DNA of 64,000 bases, taken from NCBI GenBank assembly GCA_964562525.1, contig CAZLTL010000006.1, positions 31,187 through 95,186 on the forward strand, read 5' to 3'. Origin of the DNA: an uncultured bacterium (GTDB lineage: Bacteria; Omnitrophota; Omnitrophia; Omnitrophales; Aquincolibacteriaceae). Shown here one piece after another: positions 1-8,456 of the stretch; position 1 is the stretch's first letter; the number at the start of each line of letters is the position of its first letter. Made by a program: the position numbers and the translations under genes. A model generated the notes under the pieces. It saw nothing but the letters and a program-made list of their open reading frames with translations, was not told the origin of the DNA and did not search any database.

Positions 1-144
1 AGTCCTCGAATTGGAAAAACAGCTCTCTCGGGGTATTATGTAGCTAATGGTTATTATCGATGCGGTATTTTGGTTGCGGTGTATGTCGGGGAGCTTTTGG
101 CACAGCTGATGCTGTCAAAACGGGTTCCTCAAAAGTTAAGGCCT
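1..144 (+). CDS. 3' fragment of an upstream gene running off the window start (47 codons, TAA at 142-144); hydrophobic C-terminal tail
   Basis: Frame 1 is open from position 1 to the TAA at 142-144 and translates to ...GILVAVYVGELLAQLMLSKRVPQKLRPFAVN. It ends 26 nt before the next gene's AGGAG ribosome-binding site. Confidence 0.35.
98..113 (+). promoter_or_regulatory. Possible sigma-54 type -24/-12 element (TGGCAC-N5-ATGCT) about 55 nt upstream of the response-regulator start codon
   Basis: The sequence tggcacagctgatgct has GG and GC at the canonical 12-nt spacing of the TGGCAC-N5-TTGCW consensus, with one mismatch in the -12 box. It lies inside the 3' end of the upstream ORF. Confidence 0.2.
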
Positions 145-169
145 TTTGCAGTAAATTAAAGGAGTTGGC

Positions 170-844
170 ATGAAAGTTTTGATTGTTGAAGACGAATTGA
201 AAATGTCGAGTTTTCTTGAACGTGGATTGAAAGAGGAAGGCTATGAAGTTACGGTCGCGGCCGATGGCGCGCGAGGCTGGCAGCTTGCCTCCGAATCGCA
301 TTATGACCTTTTTATTCTGGATTGGATGGTTCCGCAAATTTCCGGCGTGGAGCTTTGCCGTAAAATCCGTGAGTTGGGGGTCAAAGTTCCTATCATTGTT
401 CTTACCGCGAAAGATTCAACCGAAGACAAGGTTTCCGGATTGGATGCCGGTGCGGATGATTATGTGACCAAGCCTTTCAGCTTTGAAGAGTTGCTTGCGC
501 GTATCCGCGCTTTGATGCGTCGTCCCGCCAAAGTTCAGGAAGATACTCACTTGGAATCCGGTAAACTGAAGCTGGATCTTTTACGTCGGCATGTTTATAT
601 CGGTTCCGAGAAAGTCACGCTTTCTCAGAAAGAATTCAAGCTGCTTGAGTTTTTGCTGCGGAATAAAGAAAATCCGGTTTCACGAACCCAAATTGCGGAG
701 CAGGTTTGGGATCTGCAGTTTGATCCGATGAGCAACACCATCGATGTGTATGTTAACTTTTTGCGAAAGAAAGTGGATCCTGCCAAGTCGGGATGCCGGA
801 TTGAGACGGTACGCGGGATCGGCTACCGCCTGATTGATGCGTGA
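170..844 (+). CDS. OmpR/PhoB-family two-component response regulator (receiver plus winged-helix domain; CusR/CopR-like)
   Basis: The receiver domain is visible in MKVLIVEDE...DLFILDWMVPQISG...LTAKDSTEDKVSGLDAGADDYVTKPFSFEELLARIRALMRR, with the phospho-acceptor Asp in the LDWMVP context, followed by a C-terminal winged helix (VYIGSEKVTLSQKEFKLLEFLL). An AGGAG ribosome-binding site sits 11 nt upstream. Confidence 0.9.
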   Translation: MKVLIVEDELKMSSFLERGLKEEGYEVTVAADGARGWQLASESHYDLFILDWMVPQISGVELCRKIRELGVKVPIIVLTAKDSTEDKVSGLDAGADDYVTKPFSFEELLARIRALMRRPAKVQEDTHLESGKLKLDLLRRHVYIGSEKVTLSQKEFKLLEFLLRNKENPVSRTQIAEQVWDLQFDPMSNTIDVYVNFLRKKVDPAKSGCRIETVRGIGYRLIDA

Positions 845-936
845 GCGGTATGCTAGCTGTTTTATTTTTCTCTGGGCTTGTAGCCCAACCGGCAATTGAA
901 TTAAGCCATTTATAAATTGATTGGGGCTAAAGCGGT

Positions 937-2433
937 ATGATCCGTCTTCAATCAGTTAAAGTTAGGCTGACGCTTTGGTATGCGCTTGTCTTAAGCGTTT
1001 TTCTCGCCATTTTTTCATTCATGATGTACGCGGAGCTGGCCCGCGCGCTTTATCATGATGCCGAGAAAAATTTAGCTTGGTCGGTTCAAAAAGCGGAAGA
1101 AGCCCTTCAAGCGAAACTGACGGCTCAGCCGAAACTGCTTTCATCTCTTGCAAGGACCTCCCAAGAAGCACTTAAACCTTTTTCGCCGGAAACAGATCAA
1201 GCTCTTCGAAATATCATTTTAGAATGGGAAAAGCAGTCTCTTTTTTTGGCGCGCAGTCAGCACATGTTGCGGATTGTGAATTTTGCGCACGAGGATATTG
1301 TTTCGAATCTCAAAGAATGGGAAAAGGAAATTATCTTTCCCAACTTTGAGCGCGATTCTTTCTTTATGGAATCCGGCGCTTCTTATCAGACCATTCATTT
1401 CAAGAACAAACCTTTCCGTTTGTATTACAAAATGCTGCGAGTTGCGGGGAATCCCGTTGCCGTCGTACAGTCCGCCTACGCGCTTTACGAAACTGAAAAA
1501 ACACTCAAACAGCTTGCGGGGATGATCGCGATTGGTATTCCCTTGGCGGTGCTTTGCGCTTGCTTTGCGGGTTGGTTTTTGGCGCGCCGATTTTTTAAAC
1601 CTGTTGATAGCATGACGAAAGAAGCGAAGCAAATTACCGCCGCGCATCTGGATAGCCGTTTGCCGCGAACCTACATGGGGGATGAAATTGACCGTCTGGC
1701 CGAAACGCTGAATGAGATGATCGACCGTCTTGAGCATTCGACGCGCGCCATGCGTGAATTCAGCTCGGACGTTTCGCATGAGCTTAAAACGCCGCTGGCG
1801 ATTATTCGCGGCGAACTTGATTTGGCGGCGCGCAAGACTCGATCGCGCGAAGAAATTGATAAAATGCTCTTGGTGATCAGTGAAGAAACCGACGAAATGA
1901 TCCGATTGGTCAACGACCTGATGATTTTGGTGCGCAGTGATGCCCGTCAGCTCCGCTTAGATAAGCAGAATCTTCATCTTTTAGAAGTTTTGGAGCCGCT
2001 CGTGGAGCGTTTTCAGGAAAGAGCCCGGCAAAAAGGGATTAAGCTTATTTGGAGTCCTTTGGGGGATGGGGTAATTGAGGCGGATGAAGGCCATTTTAAG
2101 CGGGTGATGAATAATTTAATCGATAATGCTTTAAAGTTTACCGATACCGGCGGAGAAGTGATCGTGGCTTTAGGGCTGCAGGATGATATGGCGATCATTG
2201 AAGTCAAAGACTCCGGTATTGGAATCAGCCCTGAAAATCAGCCAAAAATTTTTATGCGGTTTTTCCGTGACGAATTGGCAAGGTCACGTGAGGGGTCCGG
2301 ATTGGGGCTCAGTATTGTGAAGGCGATTTGCGATGCTCATTTATGGCAAATTGGTTTAGAGAGTGTTCCCGGGCAAGGGACGCTCATTCGTCTTTTTATA
2401 CCCGTGACCCAAACGGCCACTTCATTGAGCTAG
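937..2433 (+). CDS. Sensor histidine kinase: two transmembrane segments flanking a periplasmic sensor domain, then HAMP, HisKA and HATPase_c domains
   Basis: The H-box is SHELKTPLAIIRGELDL. N and G boxes are visible (NLIDNALKFT, DSGIGISPE, GSGLGLSIVK). Transmembrane segments are at about aa 10-30 and 190-215. It lies immediately downstream of the regulator. Confidence 0.9.
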   Translation: MIRLQSVKVRLTLWYALVLSVFLAIFSFMMYAELARALYHDAEKNLAWSVQKAEEALQAKLTAQPKLLSSLARTSQEALKPFSPETDQALRNIILEWEKQSLFLARSQHMLRIVNFAHEDIVSNLKEWEKEIIFPNFERDSFFMESGASYQTIHFKNKPFRLYYKMLRVAGNPVAVVQSAYALYETEKTLKQLAGMIAIGIPLAVLCACFAGWFLARRFFKPVDSMTKEAKQITAAHLDSRLPRTYMGDEIDRLAETLNEMIDRLEHSTRAMREFSSDVSHELKTPLAIIRGELDLAARKTRSREEIDKMLLVISEETDEMIRLVNDLMILVRSDARQLRLDKQNLHLLEVLEPLVERFQERARQKGIKLIWSPLGDGVIEADEGHFKRVMNNLIDNALKFTDTGGEVIVALGLQDDMAIIEVKDSGIGISPENQPKIFMRFFRDELARSREGSGLGLSIVKAICDAHLWQIGLESVPGQGTLIRLFIPVTQTATSLS

Positions 2434-2473
2434 AATCCCTTTACTTTTTCGCTGGGAAGCCGATACTTGCCTT

Positions 2474-2830
2474 ATGGAAAACATACAGTCTCAGCTTATT
2501 AAGCCCTTCGTCGAGAAGATGGAAAAAGAGTGGCAAGCTCTTTACGACAAAATTAGCCAGGAAAAGTCGCAAGAGTCTGATAAGCTCCGCCCCGAAGTCG
2601 AAGACCATCTCGCCAAACTAAAAAAACTCCGCAGTAACGAAGAAATCTCCATGAAGTTATCCTCGACGGGAGAGGAAGCTATTCATGAATTTGTTCGGCA
2701 GTCTAAAATGGAATTTAGGGTGGCTGAGCGCCGCTGGCAACGACATATAGTGTCCCGTGAGCGAGTTAAAACCCGCGCTTCAAATCAATCCGCTAAGTTT
2801 TTGAGCCGCGAAACACCAACAAAAAAATAA
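2474..2830 (+). CDS. Hypothetical small hydrophilic, charged protein of 118 aa with probable coiled-coil character
   Basis: The ORF is intact and co-directional within the signalling cluster. No motif is recognised. Confidence 0.45.
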   Translation: MENIQSQLIKPFVEKMEKEWQALYDKISQEKSQESDKLRPEVEDHLAKLKKLRSNEEISMKLSSTGEEAIHEFVRQSKMEFRVAERRWQRHIVSRERVKTRASNQSAKFLSRETPTKK

Positions 2831-3012
2831 AAATCAAGCGGTTTTTTTTGTCGCCGCCTGGCTCGTCCTCTTTTTGCTTGCCAACGGAATACTTCATTGT
2901 AAGATAACGCCCAAGGTCGGCTGCTTTTTCTGTTATTTTCTATTTTTTTACATCTTTTTTACCGAGAGCCGTCCTCCCTTTATTACTTTTTTTGAGGGAA
3001 GGATTATCATTC

Positions 3013-4689
3013 ATGACGGTTTTAAACCGCGATCAAATTAGCGCTCGTTTGCTGAAGCGTGCTGAAGATTTTGGACGGGGATACCGCCAAAATTTGGCGT
3101 TGCTCGGACGGGTAGGGCTTGGCAAGACGAAGTTGATTGCCAAATTCACGGAAGCCGTCCGCGCGCGTGACTTTCCAATTCTCACAGTGCTCATTGATCT
3201 TGCGCCGGTTTCATCCAGCCAAATCACTTTTTATTGGATACGCTGCCTTTTATCTTCAGCGCTGCACTTACCGGACTCTTCTCTTGATGTTCTCTTGGAG
3301 ACTGCGGATGCCCAAGTTCCCAAAACGGCCAAAGCCGCGCGGCATATTTTAAAATTGTATAAGCAGGGCAATGCCGCTTTGGCCGTGCGCGAGTTGTTTG
3401 CTTTGAGCGGGCAATTAGCCGAAGAAACGGCTCGGAAAGTGGTTTTAATTCTGGATGAGTTTCTCGGTCTTGAGAAATTTGGGGTTCATGATGTTTATTC
3501 CATTTTCGGCAACCGGATGATGATGGAAAAAGAAGTTCTCTTTGTCGTGACCAGCTCGGAGTCCAAAAAATCCCGCGCTATTTTTTCAGAAAAACTCTCT
3601 TTGCTTTTCAGCAACTTTGAAACCATGGATTTACAGTCCTTCGGTTTTAAAGAAATGAATGTCCACATTGACGGACGAGCCTGCGCTTCTTACCTTTCTT
3701 TGCCGGCAAGGCGATTCTTGTTCCGTTTAACGGACGGGGAACCGCGTTATTTGGACGCGATGCTTCGCGCTTTAGATGATTTGGTTTGCACTGATCCGAA
3801 GCGTCAGCTGGGAATTGCCACTTTGTTTGAAACGGTTATGCGGGAAGTGCTTGAGTCGGATGGCCGTATTTCACTTTTGTTTCAAAAAAAAGTGGAGTCG
3901 CTTCCGCGGGGGCTTCGTGAGAGCGAGCATGTTTTGTCCGAAGCGGTGGCTTTGCTCAGCACGGGTCGTGTGAAGCCCGGTGCTTTAGCCGCTGCGCTGG
4001 GACTTAAAATTCCGGAAGCAAAGAAAATGATTACCCGCATGGAAGACGCAGGATGGCTGGTTTCAGGCGGAGCTTCTTATTCATTACGCGATCCGCTTTT
4101 CAGATTTTGGGCGCATGAAGTCTTGCTTCCAAACTGCCAGGGACAGCTTCTTGACGATAAAGCACGCCGCGGCCGCTGGATGCGTCTCTTAGGTTCTATT
4201 TATGAAATGGGATGTGAATCGGATTCCGCTAAAATTGTGACCCAGGTAGAGTCTTTGCTGAAGCAATTTCGCGCCGGAACAACGCAATTAGAAGGGCGCA
4301 AGGTTTACGGAGCCCATTTTCAGGAAATTGCCTGGTCGGTTGTGCAGGAGGGCTGCTGGAGTTTGCGGGCGATTTCGTCTAAAGAGAACCACTTTTATCT
4401 GGCTTCCTGCAGAGAGCTGACGGAAGCGGATATTGAGGAATTTAAAGCCTCCTCGGGCCGCCAAAAGAAGCGTGTTCGCCGGATTTTGGTCGTTGCGGGC
4501 GGGATTGAACAAAATGCCCGTCTTTTGGCCCAACAGTATAAAATGGATATCTGGGATTTGAGGTTCTTTAACCTCCTGCTTGATTTTTACGGCCTCTCTA
4601 AAATTATTGTGGAGAAACGTAATTCGTTGTGGGACAGCGACGGAGCGTGGGCAGGATCCGAAAGTTTGTTTAGTTCGGTTACACAATAA
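3013..4689 (+). CDS. P-loop NTPase (AAA/Arch_ATPase-like) with a large C-terminal domain of unknown function
   Basis: Walker A is LLGRVGLGKTKL and Walker B is KVVLILDEF. The track ORF starts at 2992, but that ATG lies inside the GAGGGAAGG Shine-Dalgarno-like sequence. The ATG at 3013 (MTVLNRDQ) is the better-supported start. Confidence 0.7.
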   Translation: MTVLNRDQISARLLKRAEDFGRGYRQNLALLGRVGLGKTKLIAKFTEAVRARDFPILTVLIDLAPVSSSQITFYWIRCLLSSALHLPDSSLDVLLETADAQVPKTAKAARHILKLYKQGNAALAVRELFALSGQLAEETARKVVLILDEFLGLEKFGVHDVYSIFGNRMMMEKEVLFVVTSSESKKSRAIFSEKLSLLFSNFETMDLQSFGFKEMNVHIDGRACASYLSLPARRFLFRLTDGEPRYLDAMLRALDDLVCTDPKRQLGIATLFETVMREVLESDGRISLLFQKKVESLPRGLRESEHVLSEAVALLSTGRVKPGALAAALGLKIPEAKKMITRMEDAGWLVSGGASYSLRDPLFRFWAHEVLLPNCQGQLLDDKARRGRWMRLLGSIYEMGCESDSAKIVTQVESLLKQFRAGTTQLEGRKVYGAHFQEIAWSVVQEGCWSLRAISSKENHFYLASCRELTEADIEEFKASSGRQKKRVRRILVVAGGIEQNARLLAQQYKMDIWDLRFFNLLLDFYGLSKIIVEKRNSLWDSDGAWAGSESLFSSVTQ

Positions 4690-4707
4690 TGGGATGGTCT
4701 TCGTAAG

Positions 4708-6309
4708 ATGAGTCAGAAACTGGCCGCTGCGAAAAAAAATCAAAGTGTTATTGAGAAGTATTTACTGACCCACACCGACTGGAATGAAGGGTTCCGCGAG
4801 TTCAGCCGCTTGATGAAACGGCCTGATTTTTGGATTTATATTGCCCCTTCTACTTCCGAATCCAAATTAATTCCTCTCGACCGCAAAGGATCGGCCTCTT
4901 CGCTTTCTGTGCTTCAAAGCGATAAAGCTTCAACGGGTGCATTTTTAAAAAAATTCGCGGATCAATGGCTTGAAAGTTCAGAGATGCGTAAACCCTTGCC
5001 CGCATTTTTCAGGACAAACCGCAGCCGGATGGGGCTGATGCTGGGGCTAAGCCATTTGGGTAATTACAAAGGCTTTATTTTCTTAACGGAGTTTTCCTCC
5101 GGCAATGAAATGCGGGTTCGTGGTGAGCTTGAACCCTATCTCAAGCCGTTTCAGTTTTTTGCGCAGGCTCAACTGGAAATTGCTTATAAAAACTTTGAAT
5201 TGAATAATTTTTATGAAACAGTGCATCCGCGCGCGTTGGCTTTGTCGACGATGCATTCGGTGCATCGCGTTATCAGCGCGTCTTTGCGCTTAAAAGACTT
5301 GCTGCCGCGGATCGGCCGCTTAAGTGCGCAGATTTTAAAAGCCCAAGGCTGTTCCATTTTGTTAATGGACGAAGATGGTCAGCATTTGATCCCGTTCTTC
5401 GCTTTGGGCGCTCATAAACGGTATGTTCATCACCACCGCGTTCGCGTTGGAAGAGGCGTGGAGGGACGGATTGCGGATACCGGCGAGTTTCGTCTTTCTC
5501 CCAGCTGCATCGGCGTGCCTTTTATTGAGCATGATGTCGTTGGTGTGATTATGCTTTGGGATAAAGTGGACGGACAGGCCTTTACGGCAACGGACCTTGA
5601 AATTCTCAAGTCTCTTTCTGAACAAGCGGTGGTTGCCATTAAAAACGCCCAGCTTTATGAGCGCACGGAAGAGTTGACCATGGGCAGTATCCGCACCATT
5701 ACGGGCTTACTTGAGCGTCAATTCGGTAAAGACCGATCACATCTTGAGCTTGTTGCCGAAATTAGTTTGGAAGTAGGACGCCAAATGGGATTGAGAGGCA
5801 ACGATATTGTGAATTTAGAACGCGGTATTTTACTTTTGGACGCGGGGCAGTTGGTGCACCCTGAATTGACGCTGGAAAAGAAAGAGCGGCTCAGTAAGAA
5901 AGAGTTTCAGGCATTGCGTTCGCTTCCGATTAAAGCCGCGAATTTACTCAAATCGATTTCTTCTTTGAAACCGGCTTTGCCGATTATTTTGTACCGCCAC
6001 GAAAGGTTTGACGGACGGGGTTATCCGGAAGGGCTGAAGGGCGAGCAAATTCCGATCGGAGCGAGGATTGTGTCTGTTGTGGATTCGTTTACGGCCATGC
6101 TTTCAAAAAGGCATTATCGGAGGCCAAAATCGGTTTTGGAAGCTTTGCATGAGATCGAACTGCATAAACTATCTCAGTTTGACCCTCAGGTTGTGGACAC
6201 CTTCTTGAAAGTTGTCAAAAACGATGTTATTTTAGGCAAAATTCAAAACTTGGCTTTGCGGGCCGGCAGTGAAATTCGACTGCCGGTTGCCATGAAGTCT
6301 GCGGAGTAA
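4708..6309 (+). CDS. Signalling protein with an N-terminal unknown domain, a GAF domain and a C-terminal HD-GYP-like domain carrying degenerate metal-ligand motifs
   Basis: The GAF region is ...GCSILLMDEDGQHLIP...VVGVIMLWDKVDGQAFTATDLEILKSLSEQAVVAIKNAQLYERTEEL. The HD-GYP signature is YRHERFDGRGYPEGLKGEQIPIGARIVSVVDSFTAM. The canonical LLHDIGK box reads ILLLDAGQL, so the His-Asp pair is absent. Confidence 0.8.
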   Translation: MSQKLAAAKKNQSVIEKYLLTHTDWNEGFREFSRLMKRPDFWIYIAPSTSESKLIPLDRKGSASSLSVLQSDKASTGAFLKKFADQWLESSEMRKPLPAFFRTNRSRMGLMLGLSHLGNYKGFIFLTEFSSGNEMRVRGELEPYLKPFQFFAQAQLEIAYKNFELNNFYETVHPRALALSTMHSVHRVISASLRLKDLLPRIGRLSAQILKAQGCSILLMDEDGQHLIPFFALGAHKRYVHHHRVRVGRGVEGRIADTGEFRLSPSCIGVPFIEHDVVGVIMLWDKVDGQAFTATDLEILKSLSEQAVVAIKNAQLYERTEELTMGSIRTITGLLERQFGKDRSHLELVAEISLEVGRQMGLRGNDIVNLERGILLLDAGQLVHPELTLEKKERLSKKEFQALRSLPIKAANLLKSISSLKPALPIILYRHERFDGRGYPEGLKGEQIPIGARIVSVVDSFTAMLSKRHYRRPKSVLEALHEIELHKLSQFDPQVVDTFLKVVKNDVILGKIQNLALRAGSEIRLPVAMKSAE

Positions 6310-6312
6310 AAA

Positions 6313-6492
6313 ATGGCAAAAGGCATTCAAATCAAAAAACCGGATCATGTGGCTGAAGCCAAGCCGATTTTGGAGCCCTTGGAACAAAATCAAGCACCGT
6401 TGATGTCGCCGCTCTTGTATTTGATGTTGATCGTTTCTTTTCCCGCTGCCCTTGTCGCGTTTTATTTTTTTATTCAGACTCGCTCCGCTTAA
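6313..6492 (+). CDS. Possible small (59 aa) tail-anchored membrane protein, below the ORF-track size cutoff
   Basis: The reading frame from ATG 6313 to TAA 6490-6492 gives MAKGIQIKKPDHVAEAKPILEPLEQNQAPLMSPLLYLMLIVSFPAALVAFYFFIQTRSA, with a single C-terminal transmembrane helix. It starts 4 nt after the previous stop codon. Confidence 0.3.
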   Translation: MAKGIQIKKPDHVAEAKPILEPLEQNQAPLMSPLLYLMLIVSFPAALVAFYFFIQTRSA

Positions 6493-6531
6493 ACGGCTGA
6501 GCGTGCTTCTGGTTTCTGACGTAATTGAAAA

Positions 6532-7002
6532 ATGATCCGCACTTTAAAGTTCCTTCTTATTTTTTTGTTGCTCGCCGTTTCTGCGTGGGTTGTTTTTATC
6601 AGCGCGTTACCCGTCCTTTTTATCCGGCAAATGGAGCATAAATACGCGATCATTTTGAAAGGGGAGCGCGATCTTGTGTTATTCACACCCCGGTTTAAAG
6701 TCAAAAATGCTTCTTTTGTTTGGAATGACAAAGTGGAATTGCTTCAGGGAAACTTTGACATTCAATTGGATCCGTTGGCGTGGATTCGTGACCGAGTTTG
6801 GGCCATGTCGCTTCAGGGGGACGGCTCCAAACTCCGCTTTTTAGGGGAGTGGCTAAAAAAAACGGGAGTCAGCGAAATTCAGACGACAAAGCTGCGGTTG
6901 GCGCTTGATTTTTACGACGGGGATATTCGTGAAATCCATCAGGTTGAAGTGGTCGCGCCGGATTATCAATTTCAAATTCAAAGCCGTGTCGTACCCCAAT
7001 GA
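6532..7002 (+). CDS. Hypothetical bitopic membrane protein with an N-terminal transmembrane helix and a periplasmic domain of about 120 aa. Its stop codon overlaps the murE start (ATGA) at the position where ftsL/ftsI normally sit.
   Basis: The N-terminal transmembrane helix is LKFLLIFLLLAVSAWVVFISAL. The 4-nt ATGA overlap indicates translational coupling to murE. Confidence 0.5.
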   Translation: MIRTLKFLLIFLLLAVSAWVVFISALPVLFIRQMEHKYAIILKGERDLVLFTPRFKVKNASFVWNDKVELLQGNFDIQLDPLAWIRDRVWAMSLQGDGSKLRFLGEWLKKTGVSEIQTTKLRLALDFYDGDIREIHQVEVVAPDYQFQIQSRVVPQ

Positions 7003-8456
7003 TGAATTTAGAGGGTTTGTTTCAAGCGCTGAATTGCATAGAGAAAAAAAATTGGAATGGGCAAGTTTGTCTCGGAAAAATCACGAAGGATTCGCGTCAA
7101 GTTCAGCTCGGGGATCTTTTCGTGGCTTGCCGCGGACCCCAATCCGATGGGCATGATTTTATTTCTGAAGTTATCGCTAAGGGCGCGGCTGCGGTTGTTT
7201 ATGAAAACGCGAACGTGATACTTCCTACCTCGGTTGTTGGGGTTCGGGTTCAGGATTGCCAGCAAATTTTTCCCGAACTATTGAAACGTGTTTATGACTT
7301 TCATTCCGATTCGTTGAGCCTGATCGGTGTGACCGGCACAAACGGAAAAACTACGATTACCCAGCTTTTTTATAAACTTTTGACATCCCACTTTAAAGCC
7401 GGCACGATCGGAACTTTGTCGTATGAACTTCCTTCCGGAAGCCGTGAGTCTGGAAATACCACACCAGGGCCTGAGACCTTAATTCCTTTATTGGCTGAGA
7501 TGGCTGAGCAAGGAGCAAAGTATGTCTCGATGGAAGTGTCTTCTCACGCGTTGGACCAAAAAAGGGTTGTTGGGCTTGATTTTGAATTGGCTGTTTTTAC
7601 TCAGTTGACTCAAGACCATTTGGATTATCACAAGAATTTAGAAGATTACTTTCAAGCCAAGCGTCGGCTTTTCGAGGAATATCAACCGAAGCATATGCTG
7701 ATCAATCGCGACTGTCCTTTTGGCCGGCGTCTGCTGGCGGAATTTCCGCGCGCGAAATCATTCAGCACCGAAGCCAAAGCGGATTATCAAGCCGTGAATA
7801 TTCAAGAGTCGCTTCATGGCTGTGACTTTGAATTAGCTTTTCGCGGAAAAAATATTCCGGTGCATATCCGGCTCCCATTACATTACAACATTTCCAATTG
7901 CACGGCAGTTTTGGCAGGGTTAGATCTATTGGGGCTCAAACTAGAAGACTATCTGCCGGTTTTGGCAACCATTCCTTTTATTCCCGGCCGCATGGAACGG
8001 GTTCCGCATCCTTCGATTCATTTTTTTGTGGATTACGCGCATACTCCCGACGCATTTGTGCAGGTGTTGAAACATGTGCGTCTGCAGAAACCGAAAAAAA
8101 TTATCACTGTTTTCGGCTGTGGCGGCGATCGTGACCGGACCAAGCGCCCCAAAATGACGCGGGCCGCGGCGGATGACTCGGATGTGCTTGTGATGACTTC
8201 CGACAACCCTAGGACTGAAAATCCCCAAACTATTATGGATGAAATGAAAGCCGGATTAACCGCGCATGACCTCAATAAAATTCAAATTGTGGAAGAGTTA
8301 GATAGAAAGAAAGCAATTTACCGCGCGGTCCAGGCAGCTCAGCCCGGCGACGCAGTTTTGATTTTAGGTAAAGGGCATGAAGATTATCAAATCATCGGTA
8401 AAGAAAAGCATCATTTCAGCGACCGCGAAACTGTTTTAGAAGCGTTGGGACAATGA
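6999..8456 (+). CDS. murE: UDP-N-acetylmuramoyl-L-alanyl-D-glutamate--2,6-diaminopimelate ligase (MurE)
   Basis: The Mur ligase P-loop is GVTGTNGKTT. The DNPR motif (TSDNPRTE) is typical of meso-DAP-adding MurE. It is in the canonical dcw position upstream of murF. Confidence 0.92.
   Translation: MMNLEGLFQALNCIEKKNWNGQVCLGKITKDSRQVQLGDLFVACRGPQSDGHDFISEVIAKGAAAVVYENANVILPTSVVGVRVQDCQQIFPELLKRVYDFHSDSLSLIGVTGTNGKTTITQLFYKLLTSHFKAGTIGTLSYELPSGSRESGNTTPGPETLIPLLAEMAEQGAKYVSMEVSSHALDQKRVVGLDFELAVFTQLTQDHLDYHKNLEDYFQAKRRLFEEYQPKHMLINRDCPFGRRLLAEFPRAKSFSTEAKADYQAVNIQESLHGCDFELAFRGKNIPVHIRLPLHYNISNCTAVLAGLDLLGLKLEDYLPVLATIPFIPGRMERVPHPSIHFFVDYAHTPDAFVQVLKHVRLQKPKKIITVFGCGGDRDRTKRPKMTRAAADDSDVLVMTSDNPRTENPQTIMDEMKAGLTAHDLNKIQIVEELDRKKAIYRAVQAAQPGDAVLILGKGHEDYQIIGKEKHHFSDRETVLEALGQ

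Noticed and set aside
44-337. 97-aa minus-strand ORF overlapping the response regulator start
   Set aside because: It overlaps a confidently identified regulator gene on the opposite strand and has no recognisable features.
1219-1779. 186-aa minus-strand ORF inside the histidine-kinase gene
   Set aside because: It lies antisense to the conserved HAMP/HisKA region of a well-supported kinase and is likely a chance ORF.
2831-2990. Rho-independent terminator after the 118-aa ORF
   Set aside because: There are T-runs but no convincing GC-rich stem. The only inverted repeat (tcctccc.../gagggaagga) is imperfect and overlaps the next gene's ribosome-binding site.
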